Of a DNA stretch of 64,000 nt, positions 28,328-38,205 are shown piece after piece. Source of the DNA: a bacterium (GTDB lineage Bacteria > UBA8248); assembly GCA_965261085.1 (NCBI GenBank), contig OZ253442.1, positions 800,001 to 864,000 of the forward strand. Direction: 5' to 3'. Position 1 is the stretch's first letter; every line of letters begins with the position of its first letter. Under the pieces are notes generated by a model. That model worked only from the letters and a program-made list of their open reading frames with translations, searched no databases and was not told where the DNA came from. A program made the translations under genes and the position numbers.

Positions 28328-29584
28328 ATGGCAACGAGATCGACGTATACCCGAAAGAGATGGTTCGACGTTTCACGTTCGGCGGCGATGTTGACGGTGG
28401 CGGTTTTCGCGCTCATCGCCGTCTTTGGTTCCCCCGTTTTCGCCGCGAAGAAAGCACCCATTAAAATCGGGGTGCTGTCGTTTCTGAGCGGAAAGCTCAA
28501 GCCCATCGGCGATGAGATCACCACGGGCATTCAGACGGCCGTGAAGATGCAAGGACCCGTCATGGGCCGGCCCATCGAGTTGATTCTCGAGGACAGCCTG
28601 GTCAACGCGCAGGTGGCGGTCACGAAGGCGACCAAGCTCGTCCAGAAGAACCGCGTCACGGCGATTCTGGGAGCCAGTACGCTCGAGGCGCTGGCGCTGC
28701 TGCCCGTGGCGAATCGTCTTCGCGTGCCGATCATCACCTCGAACAGCGGCTCGGCCGTCATCACGGGCAGCAAGTGCAACTACTGGGTGTTCCAGACGAA
28801 CCCGACTCCCCAGATGGCCGTCGCGGCGATGGACGCGCTCATCAACGATAACCCGAAGCTCAAGGCCGCGAAGTGGTTCACCCTGGGCCACGACTATCCC
28901 TGGAGCCGCCGGGTGGCGCGCTCGGTGAAGATCGTCAAGGGCGTGAAGTACGTCGGCGAGACATTCGCTCCGCTCAGCACCACGGACTGGGCGCCGTTCA
29001 TCGCCAAGGTCCGATCGGCGGGCGCGACGGCGGTGGTCATTCCCGTCACCCTGGGCACGCCGCTCTTGCAGTTCATCCAGCAGGCCAACGAGTTCGGCCT
29101 CACCAAAGAAGCGGTCCTGGTGGCGCCCATCGGCCTGCCGGACTGGCTCATCGCCAAGCTGGGCGCCTTGTCGACCCACATCGTCTCGGCGGGCGCGTGG
29201 AGCGCGTGGCGTCTTGAGGACACGGTGCCCACGACTAAAAAGTTCAACGAGCTTTATTACAAGATGCACGGCCGCGTAGCCGGGATGCAGGCCATCCAGG
29301 CGGGTACGGCGGCCCAGCTTCTGTTCAACGCCATCGAGAAGGCGGGTTCGACCGACGGCAAAGCCATCGTCGCCGCGCTCGAGAAACTCGACATGGAGGC
29401 TCCTGCGGGGCGGATGCGCTTCCAGAAGGACGGACGCATGGCGGAGGTGCCGATCATTCTGGGGAAAATCGAGAAGCTCAAGAAACCGAAGTACGGCGCC
29501 ATGTATGCGCAGTCGGTCACGGCGCTTCCGGCGTCCAGGACGCTTAAGCCGGCGAAGAAGCTCGGCTGTAATCTGAAGAAATAG
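28328..29584 (+). CDS. ABC transporter substrate-binding protein (LivK/PBP1 type)
   Basis: AGGGAGGA RBS, signal peptide ending VFA, PIKIGVL..LSG, GRPIELILED, DYPW, TTDWAPFI. Confidence 0.85.
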   Translation: MATRSTYTRKRWFDVSRSAAMLTVAVFALIAVFGSPVFAAKKAPIKIGVLSFLSGKLKPIGDEITTGIQTAVKMQGPVMGRPIELILEDSLVNAQVAVTKATKLVQKNRVTAILGASTLEALALLPVANRLRVPIITSNSGSAVITGSKCNYWVFQTNPTPQMAVAAMDALINDNPKLKAAKWFTLGHDYPWSRRVARSVKIVKGVKYVGETFAPLSTTDWAPFIAKVRSAGATAVVIPVTLGTPLLQFIQQANEFGLTKEAVLVAPIGLPDWLIAKLGALSTHIVSAGAWSAWRLEDTVPTTKKFNELYYKMHGRVAGMQAIQAGTAAQLLFNAIEKAGSTDGKAIVAALEKLDMEAPAGRMRFQKDGRMAEVPIILGKIEKLKKPKYGAMYAQSVTALPASRTLKPAKKLGCNLKK

Positions 29585-29592
29585 CCATTGGG

Positions 29593-30459
29593 ATGGATTG
29601 GAATTTCTTGTTCGTCAATTCGCTGAACGGGGTCGTCTACGGCTCATTCCTCGCGCTGACGAGTCTCGGCCTGAGCCTGGTGTTCGGCTTGGGCCGAGTC
29701 GTCAACTTCGCGCACGGGGTGTTGTACGCCCTGGGGGGTTATTTCTTCGTCATCTTCCTGCCCTCGCTGGGGTGGTGGGCGATGCTGTTCGCCCCGTTGA
29801 TCGTGGTGCCCCTCGCCATCGCGATGGAATGGCTGACCATTGCCCCCATCCGCCACCGCAACGAAATCTACACCCTGCTCGTGACGTTCGGTCTCTCCTT
29901 CATGGTCACGGGCGCGATTGAGTATCTCTGGGGCACCGAGACGACCCTGATCAAACCACCCGTCATCTTCCAGGGGACGGTGGACATCCTCGGCAATCAG
30001 TTTCCCGTGTACAGGCTCATCGCGGCGGGGCTCTCGCTCCTGGTGACGGGGCTGGTCTTCGCCTTCATCCAGTTCACGCCGATCGGGCTGCAAATTCGCG
30101 CCATCACGGATGACAACGAGATGGCCGAGGCGCTCGGCATCAATACGCGCTGGCTGCTCACGAGCATATTCGGGGGCGCGGCGGGGTTCGCGGCGTTCGC
30201 CGGCGCGCTCGGCGCTCCCATTTTCTCCGTCGATCCGGAAATGGGGACGGGCATCATCATCGACTCGTTCCTGGCGGTGATACTGGGCGGTCTCGGTCAT
30301 CTGCCCGGCACGGCCGTGGGGGCGTTCATCGTGGCGTTGGCGAAATCCATCGGCGGGGGCTACATCGCGGAGTGGGCCATCGCCGTCCTGTTCCTGGTCG
30401 TGGCCGCCATCATTGTTCTGCGGCCCAGGGGAGTGTTCGGTCGTGGCCGCATCGCCTGA
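29593..30459 (+). CDS. livH: Branched-chain amino acid ABC permease (LivH type)
   Basis: LGLSLVFG..VVNFAHG, GLQIRA..MAEALGIN, VILGGLG, LRPRGVFG. Confidence 0.8.
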   Translation: MDWNFLFVNSLNGVVYGSFLALTSLGLSLVFGLGRVVNFAHGVLYALGGYFFVIFLPSLGWWAMLFAPLIVVPLAIAMEWLTIAPIRHRNEIYTLLVTFGLSFMVTGAIEYLWGTETTLIKPPVIFQGTVDILGNQFPVYRLIAAGLSLLVTGLVFAFIQFTPIGLQIRAITDDNEMAEALGINTRWLLTSIFGGAAGFAAFAGALGAPIFSVDPEMGTGIIIDSFLAVILGGLGHLPGTAVGAFIVALAKSIGGGYIAEWAIAVLFLVVAAIIVLRPRGVFGRGRIA

Positions 30460-30511
30460 TGGGCAAAGCCGGGCGGACGATGTTCCGAGGAGGGATTCGC
30501 GCGAAGTCGCG

Positions 30512-31447
30512 ATGCGGGTTCTACTCGCCGGGTTCACGCTCTTGGCCCTGGCGGTTCCGTTCATGGACTTCAACCCGTTTTTCATCACCCTGTTAACCGA
30601 GGCCTTAATCTTCGGCATCTGGGCGATGAGCCTGGATTTGCTGGTGGGCTACACGGGCCTCGTCTCGTTCGGACACGCTGCTAGTTTCGGCTTAGCGACC
30701 TACGCCGCGGGGCTTTTCGCTCAGAACGTATCTGCGGACTTTCTCCTCTCGACCGTCGTGGCCATGCTCGCCGCGGCGGCGGTGGCGTTTCTCACCGGGC
30801 TGGTCGTGACGCGCCTCTCGGGAATCGCATTCGCCATACTCACCCTCTGCATCTGTCAGGTCCTGTTCCAGATATCCGTCGTGTGGCGTTCGTTTACCGG
30901 CGGGCTGGACGGCCTCATCGGCGTTCCGCTGCCGACGCTCTTTGGCCGAGAGGTGGAACCTGGAGATGAACTCTATTTCCTGACGGTCGCCACGCTCATC
31001 GTCACCTATCTTCTCCTGCGAAGGCTGGTGGAGTCTCCCTTCGGCAAAACCCTGCTGGCGATTCGCGCGAACGAGGACAGGGCGGCCGCCATCGGCATCG
31101 ACGTGAGGCGGCACAAGCTGGTGATTCTCATCCTCTCCTGGATGACGGGCGGCGTGGCGGGAACGCTCTTCGTCTTCTTGAAGGCGGGCGCGAACCCGAT
31201 GTCGTTCTACTGGTTCGAGTCGGGCAACATACTGGCCATCACGATTTTAGGCGGCATCGGAACCCTGTTCGGCCCGATCATCGGGGCGATAGGCTTTATA
31301 TTCATTCGCGATCAGGTCACGACGATGTACCGGGCGTGGCAGTTTTCCTTCGGACTCGCCTTTGTTCTCGCCGTGCTCTTTATGCCGTCGGGAATCGCGG
31401 GCATCGCCGAGAGGTTCTGGAGACGACTTTGGCCGGCGCGTTCGTAG
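30512..31447 (+). CDS. livM: Branched-chain amino acid ABC permease (LivM type); start uncertain
   Basis: DLLVGYTGLVSFGHAA, SPFGKTLLAIRANE, LGGIGTLFGP. Confidence 0.8.
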   Translation: MRVLLAGFTLLALAVPFMDFNPFFITLLTEALIFGIWAMSLDLLVGYTGLVSFGHAASFGLATYAAGLFAQNVSADFLLSTVVAMLAAAAVAFLTGLVVTRLSGIAFAILTLCICQVLFQISVVWRSFTGGLDGLIGVPLPTLFGREVEPGDELYFLTVATLIVTYLLLRRLVESPFGKTLLAIRANEDRAAAIGIDVRRHKLVILILSWMTGGVAGTLFVFLKAGANPMSFYWFESGNILAITILGGIGTLFGPIIGAIGFIFIRDQVTTMYRAWQFSFGLAFVLAVLFMPSGIAGIAERFWRRLWPARS

Positions 31448-32187
31448 TAGAGGGTCTCCACAAGTCCTTCGGCGCCCTGCGCGCCGTGAACGGCGTGTCC
31501 TTGGACGTCGAAGCCGGGCAGGTGCACTCGCTCATCGGTCCCAACGGCGCCGGCAAGACGACCTTGTTCAACTGCATCACCGGGTTTCTCCGCCCCGACG
31601 CCGGCAGGGTGCTTTTGAACGGGAACGACGTCACCCATCTGCCGTCCCACAAGCTGGTGAAGTCGGGAATCGTCCGCACGTTCCAGATCACCCAGGTTTT
31701 CGGCGAGTTGAGCGCCCGGGAGAACGTCGAACTCGCGGCGCGCTCTCGAGAGGGGCGGAACTTCGACTTCTTCCGCAAGGCGAGCTCGTGCCGGGAGGCC
31801 CGCGAGGACGCGGAGGAATCGTTGCGGGTGGTCGGGCTGCTCGAAAAGGCTCATCTCCGCCCGGAGGAACTAGGGCACGGGGACAAACGGGTGCTCGAAG
31901 TGGCGATCGGGCTTGCGCTCAAACCCGAAGTCTTGCTGCTCGATGAGCCGACGGCGGGCATGTCCCGAACGGAGACCGAGCGCATCGCCCGCCTGGTGCG
32001 GCAAATTGCGGAACGGATGAGCGTACTCCTGGTCGAGCACGATACGGAGGTGGTTCTCTCGATTTCGGATAAAATCACCGTGATGACGCAGGGCCGGGTG
32101 ATCGCCCAGGGCTCGCCCGAGCAGATCAGCAAGGACCCGCAGGTGCAGGACGCCTACTTAGGCGCCGTCGAAGTGGGGGAGAATTGA
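31429..32187 (+). CDS. livG: ABC ATP-binding protein (LivG type)
   Basis: GPNGAGKTT, RTFQ, LLLDEPTAGM, VEHD, DAYLG; TTG start after GGAG. Confidence 0.85.
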   Translation: MAGAFVVEGLHKSFGALRAVNGVSLDVEAGQVHSLIGPNGAGKTTLFNCITGFLRPDAGRVLLNGNDVTHLPSHKLVKSGIVRTFQITQVFGELSARENVELAARSREGRNFDFFRKASSCREAREDAEESLRVVGLLEKAHLRPEELGHGDKRVLEVAIGLALKPEVLLLDEPTAGMSRTETERIARLVRQIAERMSVLLVEHDTEVVLSISDKITVMTQGRVIAQGSPEQISKDPQVQDAYLGAVEVGEN

Positions 32188-32918
32188 TGCTCCGGGTCTC
32201 CTCGCTTCACGTCCATTACGGGAGCGCCCACGTTCTCCACGGCGTGAATATCGAGGTGGGCGCAGGCCAGATCGTCTGCCTCATCGGGCGCAATGGCGCG
32301 GGCAAGAGCACGACGCTCAAGGCCATCATGGGTCTCGCGCCCGCCACTTCAGGAGAAATCGCCTTCGAGGAGCAGCGCATCGACGCCATGGCGGCCCACC
32401 GGGTCGCCCGCATGGGAGTGGCCTACGTGCCTGAGGACAGGCGGCCATTCGGCTCCTTGAGCGTGGAGGAGAACATTCGCGTCGCCGCGCAGGCCAGCCC
32501 GTACTCGGACGCGAACGGCGTTCGCGAGGCGCTGGCGTTTTTCCCCGTCTTAGAGGAGCGGGCCGGTCAACTGGCGGGAAGCTTGAGCGGGGGCGAGCAG
32601 CAGATGCTCGTGATCGCACGCGCCCTGGTGGCGCGGCCACGGCTGATTCTGCTCGATGAGCCTACCGAGGGATTAGCACCCAGTCTCGTCCGCTCCATCA
32701 GGGACGGAATCATGAAGACCCGAACCCACGGACTCTCTATTTTGCTGGTGGAGCAGAACCTCTCCCTTGCGCTGGAGGTGGGGGATTACTTCTACGTGCT
32801 GAGCCGCGGTTTCGTCGCCTTCGAGGGAACGAGCGCCGAACTCCTTGCGCGAGAGGACGTGATCGCCGAACATCTGGGAGTCGGCCGGGTCAAGGAGGCC
32901 CTCAAACCGCGTGAATGA
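32184..32918 (+). CDS. livF: ABC ATP-binding protein (LivF type)
   Basis: GRNGAGKST, LSGGEQQML, LDEPTEGLAP, VEQN. Confidence 0.85.
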   Translation: MMLRVSSLHVHYGSAHVLHGVNIEVGAGQIVCLIGRNGAGKSTTLKAIMGLAPATSGEIAFEEQRIDAMAAHRVARMGVAYVPEDRRPFGSLSVEENIRVAAQASPYSDANGVREALAFFPVLEERAGQLAGSLSGGEQQMLVIARALVARPRLILLDEPTEGLAPSLVRSIRDGIMKTRTHGLSILLVEQNLSLALEVGDYFYVLSRGFVAFEGTSAELLAREDVIAEHLGVGRVKEALKPRE

Positions 32919-32988
32919 ATCACTGCGCAGCGCCGCGAAAAAACCGAACCGCTCCGAGCCGCCCTGAACCCTGAAAAGAGAACATCCA

Positions 32989-33951
32989 TTGCTCGCCTAC
33001 GTGCTCGAGGAAAACGGCCCCTCGCTGAAAGAGGTGGCGCTTCCCGAGCCGTCTGGGGGCGAAGCCCTCATCCGGGTGCGGCTCGCAGGGATTTGCGCCA
33101 CCGACTTGGAACTCATTCGCGGATACATGAATTTCCGGGGTGTGCTGGGCCATGAGTTCGTGGGTGAGGTGGCGGGGCCGGAGACGCACCCGCTTCTCGG
33201 GCGAAGGGTCGTAGGCGAGATAAATTGCGGATGCGGAAGCTGCGCCTGGTGCACGCGCGGAATGGAGCGGCATTGCCCCGGCAGGAGCGTCCTCGGCATT
33301 CTCGGCCGCCCGGGAGCTTTAGCGGAATACACCTGTCTGCCGAGTCGAAACCTTCACCTCATTCCCGATGCCGTGGAAGATGAGGCGGCCGTTTTCTGCG
33401 AGCCTCTGGCCGCCTGTTTCGAGGTGATCGAGCAGTTCCCCGAGATCGTGGAGCGCGAAGTCCTGGTGATCGGGGACGGGAGGCTGGGCCTCTTGCAAAC
33501 CCAGGTGCTATGCGCCGCCGGGGCGAGAGTGGGCCTGCTGGGTCGCCACCCGGAAAAAATGGCTCTGCTCGCCCCTTTGGGAATTCCCATGTTTAGCGAA
33601 CCGGCGCAGGCCCTGTGCTCCGAAGGGGAGAGATGGCCCGTGGTGGTCGAGGCTACGGGTGCTGCCGAGGGGTTTTCCCTCGCCGTTTCGAAAACGAAGC
33701 CCCGAGGCGTGCTGGTCCTCAAGAGCACGGTGGCTTCCGAGGTTCGCCTGAATCTATCCTCTGTCGTGGTGGATGAAATCACCATCCTGGGTTCGCGCTG
33801 CGGGCCTTTCGCGCCTGCGATTCGGGCGCTCGAGACGGGTGCGCTTCACACGTCCTCGATGATTCACGGGCGTTTCACTTTGCGAGACGCGCCCGAAGCG
33901 TTTGAAAAAGCTAGTGAAAAGGGCATAATCAAGGTGTTGCTCCGGCCCTAG
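32989..33951 (+). CDS. Zinc-binding alcohol dehydrogenase (MDR family)
   Basis: GICATD, GHEFVG, CGCGSCAWC..HC, GDGRLG, GSRCGPF. Confidence 0.88.
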   Translation: MLAYVLEENGPSLKEVALPEPSGGEALIRVRLAGICATDLELIRGYMNFRGVLGHEFVGEVAGPETHPLLGRRVVGEINCGCGSCAWCTRGMERHCPGRSVLGILGRPGALAEYTCLPSRNLHLIPDAVEDEAAVFCEPLAACFEVIEQFPEIVEREVLVIGDGRLGLLQTQVLCAAGARVGLLGRHPEKMALLAPLGIPMFSEPAQALCSEGERWPVVVEATGAAEGFSLAVSKTKPRGVLVLKSTVASEVRLNLSSVVVDEITILGSRCGPFAPAIRALETGALHTSSMIHGRFTLRDAPEAFEKASEKGIIKVLLRP

Positions 33952-34026
33952 GCATTATTTGTATTTTTAGTGTAGAATGTAAGGTCGATATTGCTTCATA
34001 GGGTGGTGCTCTTTAAGGAGCATTCG

Positions 34027-34920
34027 ATGAGAGGCCTCACGGGGATGGCCTTGATATTGTTGCTGCTTGCTTCGGCTTGGAGTGTGGGGGTGTCTGCGGC
34101 CACGCCGGAGACACCCGAGGCGATAGAGCAAAGACGCGTTTCCCGTCTCGTCTCCCATCTCAAGCGACTGGAGAAGCCCGAGGATTGGCTGCTGGTCCGC
34201 AAGTTTTTCTCCTCCGATTCGAACGTACAGCTCAACGCCCTGTCGAACTGCCCGCTCCCGGAAAACGAATGGCCCTGGTATCTCTCCTCCGATCATCTGA
34301 AACATTACGCTTTTTCGGTGGATTTCATCCCGCTCAACATGGACGCGGACAAGCACCTCGAAACCCTGATGGTCATCCAGTCGGATTACGCCAAGGACCA
34401 CTACATAACCTTTTGCCTGATGGATGACGACAAGAACGCCCGAAAGCCGCTCGCCTCCTACAGCGACTTGAGCCGCGGGCGGGAGATTACCTACCAGATA
34501 GCCGATCTGACGGCGGACGGGGCATCCGAGTTGATCGTCAATATCCGGGAAGGTTCGAACGGCCACTATTCAGATGCCGTGCGTGTCATCAGGCCGACCC
34601 GAAAGCGCCGCTTCGAACTGGTGTGGTTCGCGCGCCTGCGAGAGGAGTTGAGATGGCCGAGAGCGTATCTCGACGATGCGGGAACCCGGGCCGTTCAGAG
34701 AAGCGAAGACCTGAGCGCCAAGGTTCGTTTCCGCTTTAACGGGCCGGGCAATCCGGCCACCCTCATCGTCAAGGGGGTCAGAAAATACGAGGAGCGGGTT
34801 TTCAACCTCAAAGGCGGGGAAGAGAAAAACGGTCTCCTGGTCGATCGGTTACCGTTCGAGGAATTCTGGCGGTGGGATAAGAAAAAACTGCAATTCGTCC
34901 GTGTTTTCGATTCGAGATAA
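34027..34920 (+). CDS. Secreted hypothetical protein with DxDxDG-like (FG-GAP/VCBS-like) motifs
   Basis: AAGGAG RBS, signal peptide, NMDADKHLE, DLTADGASELIV. Confidence 0.6.
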   Translation: MRGLTGMALILLLLASAWSVGVSAATPETPEAIEQRRVSRLVSHLKRLEKPEDWLLVRKFFSSDSNVQLNALSNCPLPENEWPWYLSSDHLKHYAFSVDFIPLNMDADKHLETLMVIQSDYAKDHYITFCLMDDDKNARKPLASYSDLSRGREITYQIADLTADGASELIVNIREGSNGHYSDAVRVIRPTRKRRFELVWFARLREELRWPRAYLDDAGTRAVQRSEDLSAKVRFRFNGPGNPATLIVKGVRKYEERVFNLKGGEEKNGLLVDRLPFEEFWRWDKKKLQFVRVFDSR

Positions 34921-34953
34921 AAAGAGCGTCTCCGCTTTTCCGGAAAGGTTGTT

Positions 34954-36501
34954 GTGAAACCCTTGAACTCCCCTCGCCCCGTCATGCTCATTGTTCTGGA
35001 TGGATGGGGATTATCCGGCGAGCATGCCCATAACGCCGTCGCATTGGCCGATACCCCGACCATGGATACCCTGCTCTCGCACCGTCCCCATACCCGCCTC
35101 CTCACCTCCGGGCGCGCCGTGGGGCTTCCTGACGGGCAAATGGGCAATTCCGAAGTGGGGCATCTCAATCTCGGCGCGGGCCGGGTGGTGGATCAGGTCA
35201 TCGTTCGCATCGACCGCTCCATCGAGAGCGGCGATTTTTTTGAACTTTCCCCGTTCGTCGAGTGTATTCAAAAAGCCGGGTCGGGAGGCGGCGCCCTGCA
35301 CATCCTCGGCCTGGTTTCGGATGGCGGCGTGCACAGTCTTCAGGCCCACGGGGTGGCGCTGGCGCGATTGGGGAGAAAAATCGGAATCGAACGCATCTTC
35401 GCCCACGCCTTCACCGACGGGAGGGATACGCCTCCCCGCTCGGGTCTGGACTTCGTCAGTCGCTATGCGGAGAACCTGCGGCGCGAGGCGGGGGCCGCGC
35501 TCGCCACCGTTATCGGACGCTACTACGCGATGGACCGCGATGAGCGATGGGAGAGAAACGAGCGGGCCTACCGGGCCCTAGTGGCAGGAGAAGGCGTCCG
35601 CGCCCAAATCGCCGCAGAGGCGATAGAGGCCTCCTATGCGCGGGGCGTGACGGATGAGTTCATCGAACCGGTGGTGCTCGGCGAAAACGGGCGCCCAGTG
35701 GGGTTGATTCGCGATGGCGACGCCGTGATCTGCATGAACTTCCGCGCGGACAGGGTGAGGCAGATCACCCGCATATTCACCGAGGATCGTTTCGATGGCT
35801 TCGACGTCTCGGGCAGACCCTCGGTTCATTACGCCTGCATGACGGAATATGACGAGCGTTTCGGGCTGCCCGTCGCGTTTCCGCCCTTGCGGATGGAGGG
35901 CCTGTTCTGCCACGCCCTGGCGGATGCGGGAAAGACTTGCCTGAGAGTCGCCGAGACGGAGAAATATCCGCACGTCACTTATTTTTTTAACGGCGGCGAG
36001 GAGGAGCCTCCCCCGGGCGAGAGGCGGCGCATGGTTCCCTCGCCCAAAGTGGCCACCTATGACTTAAAGCCCGAGATGAGCGCGGGTGAAGTGACCGAGG
36101 TGGTCCTGGATGCCATCGAGCGAGGTGATGAGGATGCCATTGTCTTAAACTACGCCAATCCGGATATGGTGGGGCACACGGGTGTGGAGAGCGCCGCCGT
36201 TTCCGCCGTGGGTCTTGTGGATTCTTGTCTCGGGCGCGTTCTCGATGCCCTGGAACGGGCCGGCGGGGCGGCGGTGATTACGGCGGACCACGGAAATTGC
36301 GAGACGATGTGGGATGCGGAAAATGATTGTCCGCACACCGCGCACACGCTGAACGAGACGCCCTGCATCGTCGTGGCGCCCGGGTTCGGCGGCCCGCTCA
36401 GATCAGGTGGCGCGCTTTGCGACGTGGCGCCCACCCTGCTGGGGTTGATGGGCGTTTCCTCTCCGCCGCAGATGACGGGGAAGGATTTGAGGATTTCATA
36501 A
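34954..36501 (+). CDS. gpmI: 2,3-bisphosphoglycerate-independent phosphoglycerate mutase
   Basis: LDGWG, GQMGNSEVGH, DGGVHS, TDGRD, GRYYAMDRD, AETEKYPHVT, DMVGH, TADHGN. Confidence 0.95.
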   Translation: MKPLNSPRPVMLIVLDGWGLSGEHAHNAVALADTPTMDTLLSHRPHTRLLTSGRAVGLPDGQMGNSEVGHLNLGAGRVVDQVIVRIDRSIESGDFFELSPFVECIQKAGSGGGALHILGLVSDGGVHSLQAHGVALARLGRKIGIERIFAHAFTDGRDTPPRSGLDFVSRYAENLRREAGAALATVIGRYYAMDRDERWERNERAYRALVAGEGVRAQIAAEAIEASYARGVTDEFIEPVVLGENGRPVGLIRDGDAVICMNFRADRVRQITRIFTEDRFDGFDVSGRPSVHYACMTEYDERFGLPVAFPPLRMEGLFCHALADAGKTCLRVAETEKYPHVTYFFNGGEEEPPPGERRRMVPSPKVATYDLKPEMSAGEVTEVVLDAIERGDEDAIVLNYANPDMVGHTGVESAAVSAVGLVDSCLGRVLDALERAGGAAVITADHGNCETMWDAENDCPHTAHTLNETPCIVVAPGFGGPLRSGGALCDVAPTLLGLMGVSSPPQMTGKDLRIS

Positions 36502-36602
36502 CGCTACAAGGCGGTGTATTTGACTGGTAGCGGTTTTCGGACGGTGGGCGGCGGATTCGGCGGTTTCATGATGAGGGAGCATTCATTCGGGAGGAGATAG
36601 GC

Positions 36603-37283
36603 GTGAGCGAGGGAGTCCCCGATTTTCAGGCGTTGCGCACGATGTTTCACCAGGAAGTGGAAGGGCTGACCGACGCCCAGCTCGACTGGGAGGATGCGTC
36701 GGCGGAATGGTCGCGCTGGAGCATCAGGCGGCAGATAAGCCACGTGGCGCTCGCCTATTTTTTCTGGTGGGTGAAGATGTGGGGCAAAACCCTCTGGCCG
36801 GAAAACCCGCCCGAAGACCCGGTGGATTTCACAAAAGCGGCTCCCAATCAATATGACCGCAGGCTGGATGAGGAGAAATACTGGAAGCTCGATGATTTGC
36901 TCCCCAAATTCGATGAGGCGCTCGCCTTCGCCGAGCGCGCAGCCGATGGAAAGAGTGCGGATGAATTGAAGGCGATTTCCATCACGCGCTCGTTCAAGGC
37001 GGAGTTGCTCATGGGGGATACGGACCTGCCGGTGAATCGGTTCTGGATGCACGTTTCCACGTTTCACGACGAGGGCCTCTCGCAAGACCCCGAGGATGAG
37101 ACGAAATTCACATACACTCTGGCGGGAATGCTCCGGCAGATGTACTGGGAGGCGCTCGTACACTTGCGGACCATTCATCGTCTCAAGCTGAAACAAGGGC
37201 TCACGCCCGCCGCGCAGATTCCCCGGGAGGGCTTGCTGCTCGATCCGTTTTTCTGGGGACCCGAGGATGAACCCAGGATGTGA
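36603..37283 (+). CDS. DinB-superfamily protein
   Basis: GLTDAQLDW..WSIRRQISH, C-terminal EALVHLRTI. Confidence 0.65.
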   Translation: MSEGVPDFQALRTMFHQEVEGLTDAQLDWEDASAEWSRWSIRRQISHVALAYFFWWVKMWGKTLWPENPPEDPVDFTKAAPNQYDRRLDEEKYWKLDDLLPKFDEALAFAERAADGKSADELKAISITRSFKAELLMGDTDLPVNRFWMHVSTFHDEGLSQDPEDETKFTYTLAGMLRQMYWEALVHLRTIHRLKLKQGLTPAAQIPREGLLLDPFFWGPEDEPRM

Positions 37284-37322
37284 GGGCGCGCGCCGCCCGC
37301 CCGTGTTTTCGAGGAGGCTTCG

Positions 37323-38126
37323 ATGCCGTTCGTAACGCTGGAATCAGGCGTAGAGATTTTCTATGAGACCCAAGGAGAGGGGCCTCCCCTTCTCCTGGTG
37401 AGCGGAACGGGCCATGATCACACCTTCTAGTCGGCGCAACTGCCCTTGCTGAGCACGGATTACCGCTGCATCGTCTTCGACAACCGGGGGGTCGGCAAGA
37501 GCACGGCTCCCGCTCCGGGATATTTCCTGGCGGACATGGCGGATGACGCCGCGGGCGTTCTCGATGCCGCAGGCGTCGAGCGCGCCCACGTCATGGGTTT
37601 TTCGATGGGCGGGCATATTTCCACCGAGCTCACGCTTCGCCACCCAGAGCGCGTCGTGAGCCTGGGGCTTCACCACACCTGGGCGAGAAACTGCGCGCGC
37701 CTGGGCTCTTTTCAGAGCGCCCGTATGCGCCTCGCCGAGCGGGGCGAGCGCGAGGCGCTCGTGGAACTGAGTCTTCTGGGGCTTTATTCCCATGAATTCT
37801 ACGATACGAACGCCGACCTGCTGGAGCAGAAAAGGCAGTGGCTCACAGAGCAATCAGGAGTCGACCTCGGCTGGGAGGGGCAACTGCGCGCCTGTCTGGA
37901 GGGGGACACCCTCGAGCGGCTTCACCAGATAAAAGTCCCCACGCTCATCACCTGTTCTGATCGCGACCTCATCGTCGACCCTCACCACGCGAAGGAAATC
38001 CACGAGCGCATCGATGGTTCCAAACTCATCATCATGGAAGGCACGGGCCACGTGGCGCTCATCGAGCGGGCAGATTTATTCGCCCGCATTTGCCATGAGT
38101 TTTTGACTTCCCTGCCGCCGGCATAG
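37323..38126 (+). pseudogene. Alpha/beta hydrolase with an in-frame amber stop
   Basis: GAGGAGG RBS, MPFVTLESGVEIFYETQGEGPPLLLVSGTGHDHTF-TAG(37428-30)-SAQLP..FDNRGVGKS..GFSMGG..GTGH. The TAG sits where Trp (TGG) is typical. Confidence 0.75.
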
Positions 38127-38205
38127 AAAATCGTGGACGACCGCTTTTAGGGGCGAATGAACCGTTTGAGCTGACTTTCAGGGAGCGCATGAAGCCGCCG
38201 CCGGT

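Noticed and set aside
30459-30512. Frameshift at the livM 5' end
   Set aside because: The ATG at 30512 gives a normal-length permease, so no lesion is needed.
7804-37430. Genome-wide TAG recoding
   Set aside because: TAG terminates many intact genes (e.g. at 7715, 13269, 14186, 26817, 43314).
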